A DNA stretch of 53,257 nucleotides from Klebsormidium nitens (Eukaryota; Plantae; Klebsormidiophyceae): assembly GCA_000708835.1 (NCBI GenBank), contig DF237416.1, positions 21,896 to 75,152 of the forward strand, in the 5' to 3' direction. Positions within the stretch are counted from its first letter, which is position 1, and each line of letters starts with the position of its first letter. The notes below the pieces were generated by a model. The model saw nothing but the letters and a program-made list of their open reading frames with translations, did not search any database and had not been told where the DNA came from. A program made the position numbers and the translations under genes. Shown piece by piece: positions 50,707 through 53,257 of this stretch.

Positions 50707-51129
50707 GCAGAGTAGTATTGCCAGTCAGTCCAGCACATACGTACGTTTGGCCAGCTTTTCCAAGTTCCTGAGGTCATTCTCCAGCTAACTCTGCCGTGTT
50801 CAATCGCCTTGCGCGATCGGAAGTACTGCTGCTTGTCTCCATGGAGACTCATCATGGCCAGAAGCTGAAAGCGCTCGGAATCTTCCTCCGGGCAGTAACT
50901 CTGTACCCAGCGCGCAGAAGTTCCTTCCCGGGTACCCAGTTCCCGGGCAATGTCTACAGATGCACCGGCAAATGCATGATGAAGGTCTTTGTACAACCCA
51001 CACTCATGGTCCGTATCGGGAAAACCTCTCAAAACACCAAGGCATCGATATTGATCGAAAGCTTCGTAAGTCAAGTTCCGATATGTCAATACGACAGAAG
51101 GGCATTGGACTTGAGGGGCCCTGCCCACA

Positions 51130-51345
51130 GATATACCTTAGGGGGTCCCGCCGACCTTAGGGTCAAAATATTTGGAATCGAATCTTGACCTTAAACCTAG
51201 ACTTCGCCCGGTCACTTACAAGGGCGCCCCGGGCACACTTAGGGACTGGGTCACTACAACACACTCAAGTACCTAAGTATTTGTGGTTATTGTCGAATCT
51301 TAAGGCCTTGGTGCCATTCCCATCCACACAATGCCTAAGGTCGGG
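51130..51345. repeat. Inverted/direct-repeat-rich segment built on CCTTAGG/CCTAAG
   Basis: ccgaccttagg (51151-51161) and cctaaggtcgg (51334-51344) are exact inverted repeats. Internal gcccgg..ccgggc hairpin and several further CTTAG(G)/CCTAAG copies. Confidence 0.65.
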
Positions 51346-51469
51346 GTGTTAGCAAATGGTATCGTCACCCCTCGTGCGCCGAACTTTATTTAGAACGACC
51401 CTTCCAAATGAAACCTTCGACCAGCAAACACCCGCACGTGTCCACTTTGCGCTGACGTGTGTGTCTCAC

Positions 51470-51800
51470 CAAGCGGTGCAGATGCGCGCACATGGTTCTC
51501 CTTGCGCTAGGCTCTGGAAAACCGAGGATTTGCCTTGGGTGTTCTCGCGAAGGGACGATGCATGAAGCCCGCTCCACGACAATTGACCGAAGGCCGAGCC
51601 CGGCCGTACAAATGGCAACTTCGGGTCCTTACATGCGCCCATAGCCGACCTCGACCTAGATCGTTCGACGTGTAACAACGCATTTGCACCCAGTGGGCGA
51701 CACCTCGGGATTGTTGGCTCGTCGACACTAATCATGAGCTATTTTTTGGCAACATGCTGATTCATAATTTGTCTCCTGTTTGCACGTACACTCGTTGTCA
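51470..51800 (-). pseudogene. Degenerate pre-SET/AWS plus SET N-terminal exon
   Basis: One frame reads ECTCK..ACCQKIAHD*CRR..GCKCVVTRRTI*VEV..EVAICTAGLGLRSIVVE..HRL|gtgaga; three in-frame stops (TAG, TAG, TAA) in the Cys-rich/SET-N part. Confidence 0.5.
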
Positions 51801-51889
51801 AAAAGGGAATCGACAAAGGATGGGAGGGGGATGCGAGTCTGGAGGCACTGTTCGCGTTAGCACGTCCGTAGAGTCTTGGGTGGTGAAAG

Positions 51890-51995
51890 GAGTAACGTTT
51901 GTCTTCAGTGAAGCCGTGCTGCGTGCCTCCAATCGTCCATAATTCTTCTGGTACTTCTTTGGTAGGAGTTGAATCTTCCTGTATCTGATCGGCCT
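51890..51995 (-). pseudogene. tnpB: N-terminal stub of IS607 TnpB/Fanzor2
   Basis: IRYRKIQLLPKKYQK + frameshift + IMDDWRHAARLH* resembles the TnpB/Fanzor start (RxxKIRLYPxxxQ...W...AR) and overlaps the tnpA 3' end as in IS607. No convincing RuvC motifs follow. Confidence 0.55.
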
Positions 51996-51999
51996 GTCC

Positions 52000-52567
52000 C
52001 CGTTTGAGTAGTTTTTCTTCTGAGCGTTTGGTTCCCATGTAACATCGCCTTCCGTTCCATTTAGAACCAAACACCTGAATGACTGCAAGGACGTCCTCTG
52101 CAAGCTCTACCTCTGGAGACTTATCGTCTTCGTCGAGAACCACGAGGTTGACACCGTGTCTTTGAAAGTGCCATGCGAGCAGATCGAATCCGAATCGGCA
52201 CATGCGGTCCTTCGAGGCAACCACAACCTCGCGTACAGTGCCTCTCTTGCTCTGTTCCAAAAGGGATAAAAGTCCCTTCCTCTTTGAAGTTGAGCCCGGA
52301 GTCGATGTCCGTGACAAGGACGTGTCCAGGGTATTTTTCAAGCAGATACTGGGACTGACATCTAAGATCGTCCTTTTGTTTGCGGCTCGAAACCTTGGTG
52401 CAGACATACAATTGACGCTCTGCACTCTTTGGGCTGTCGAGGTCATAGAGACGTTGCCCTCCAGGGCTCTTGATTACAGAGATCTTTCCAGCTGCCTCTC
52501 ACCGAATAAGGTTTCGAGTACAGACGCCATAGTATGCGGTAGCCTGAGAGAGGCGGACATGTCTCAT
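52000..52567 (-). mobile_element. tnpA: IS607-family serine recombinase/transposase tnpA pseudogene (2 frameshifts)
   Basis: MerR-like HTH YGVCTRNLIRWE/AGKISVIKSPGGQRLYD, then KVSSRKQKDDLRCQ..YPGH..TDIDSGLNF/KRKGLLSLL..VVVASKDRMCRFGFDLL..ELAEDVLAVIQVF. Frameshifts near 52490 and 52290. Confidence 0.9.
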
Positions 52568-52668
52568 CCGGTATAGTGTACCCCTAGGGAATCTTATCGA
52601 GATTTAAACGCACTTGTCGCTGTCTATCCTTCATTTCGTTGAACTCCTCATAGCCTTTTTTGTTGCAG

Positions 52669-52860
52669 GTAAATCGTGCATGCTTCGATCAGGCCAACTT
52701 GCAGATTGTGTACGAGAAAGTTGAACCCTGGCAGGGAGCTCGCTGGCTGACATTCATCGCAAAACGTTACATTGAGCAGGGCGAGTTTCTTGCTTGGGAT
52801 TACAATGTTGCCTTTGACAAGTGCTATTGTATGTCTCATAGGCAAAGGCAGCATTTATAG
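52669..52860 (+). pseudogene. SET-domain C-terminal exon plus degenerate post-SET
   Basis: Acceptor ttttttgttgcag| then VNRACFDQAN..FIAKRYIEQGEFLAWDY..KCYC, matching NHxCxxN..AxRxIxxGEELxxDY..CxC with His replaced by Arg. Confidence 0.7.
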
Positions 52861-53257
52861 AGACAGCGGCAGAAGGATTCCGTTGCGTATACCAGTTTCA
52901 TTATGGGCTCAGTTGAATGCATGTGCAGTTCAAATTAACGGCCCATCTGAATTCTGTGTGACAGACGCGGCCGATGAAAAAATGAAGGATTCGCCCTGAA
53001 TGTGAAAACTTGTTGATTGTCACCGGCTACCTCATAGCAAAAGCCTTTTGGATCAAACAACATGCTCCCATTTGTCAATGACCCCCATGTGACACCTGTT
53101 CCAAACTGCAAGCAGTCTGGCTGAACAAACAGACTCGATCATTTTTGTAACGATTACGACTGGTTAAGCCTAACCTCGTTCTCGACAGGATTTCGGGCCC
53201 TTTCGTTGACCGCGAGTTAGCGAAACGGCGGTGGTTACGTCTTAACGACGCACTGCG

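Noticed and set aside
51350-51890. Remaining Fanzor RuvC/Zn-finger coding sequence
   Set aside because: Three-frame reading gave no convincing RuvC motifs (LMISVDEP alone is weak); the Cys-rich frame fits pre-SET/SET better.

Overview
Intron-rich eukaryotic nuclear DNA with GC3-rich exons and GT-AG introns. The plant-type gene set suggests a streptophyte green alga, Klebsormidium-like (inference). Supported genes, left to right: a small Oxidored-like Cys-cluster protein (+), a plant At3g28720-like secreted/tail-anchored protein (-), importin alpha (+), plastid-type octanoyltransferase LIP2 (-), aminopeptidase M1/APM1 (+), an orphan multi-TM gene with an uninterrupted but frameshifted CDS under a 6xCCAAT+TATA promoter (-), a SelO AMPylase (Cys form, -), a coiled-coil/RING protein (+), tRNA-Leu(UAA) (-), COQ2/PPT1 (+) with a 776-bp TIR/TSD MITE in an intron, and a 5-exon, ~695-aa gene (-). 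That last gene fuses an N-terminal F-box-like motif, a PhyA/EGLN-type prolyl 4-hydroxylase and a Gnt1 (GT60) GlcNAc-transferase, i.e. a candidate one-polypeptide Skp1 O2-sensing glycosylation module. It is the standout finding. Upstream of it lies a decayed IS607 element (serine-recombinase tnpA plus the stub of a TnpB/Fanzor2), flanked by two halves of a SET-domain pseudogene in opposite orientations. Several introns contain decaying tandem copies of their own splice junctions. All family calls come from motif recognition; no searches were run.
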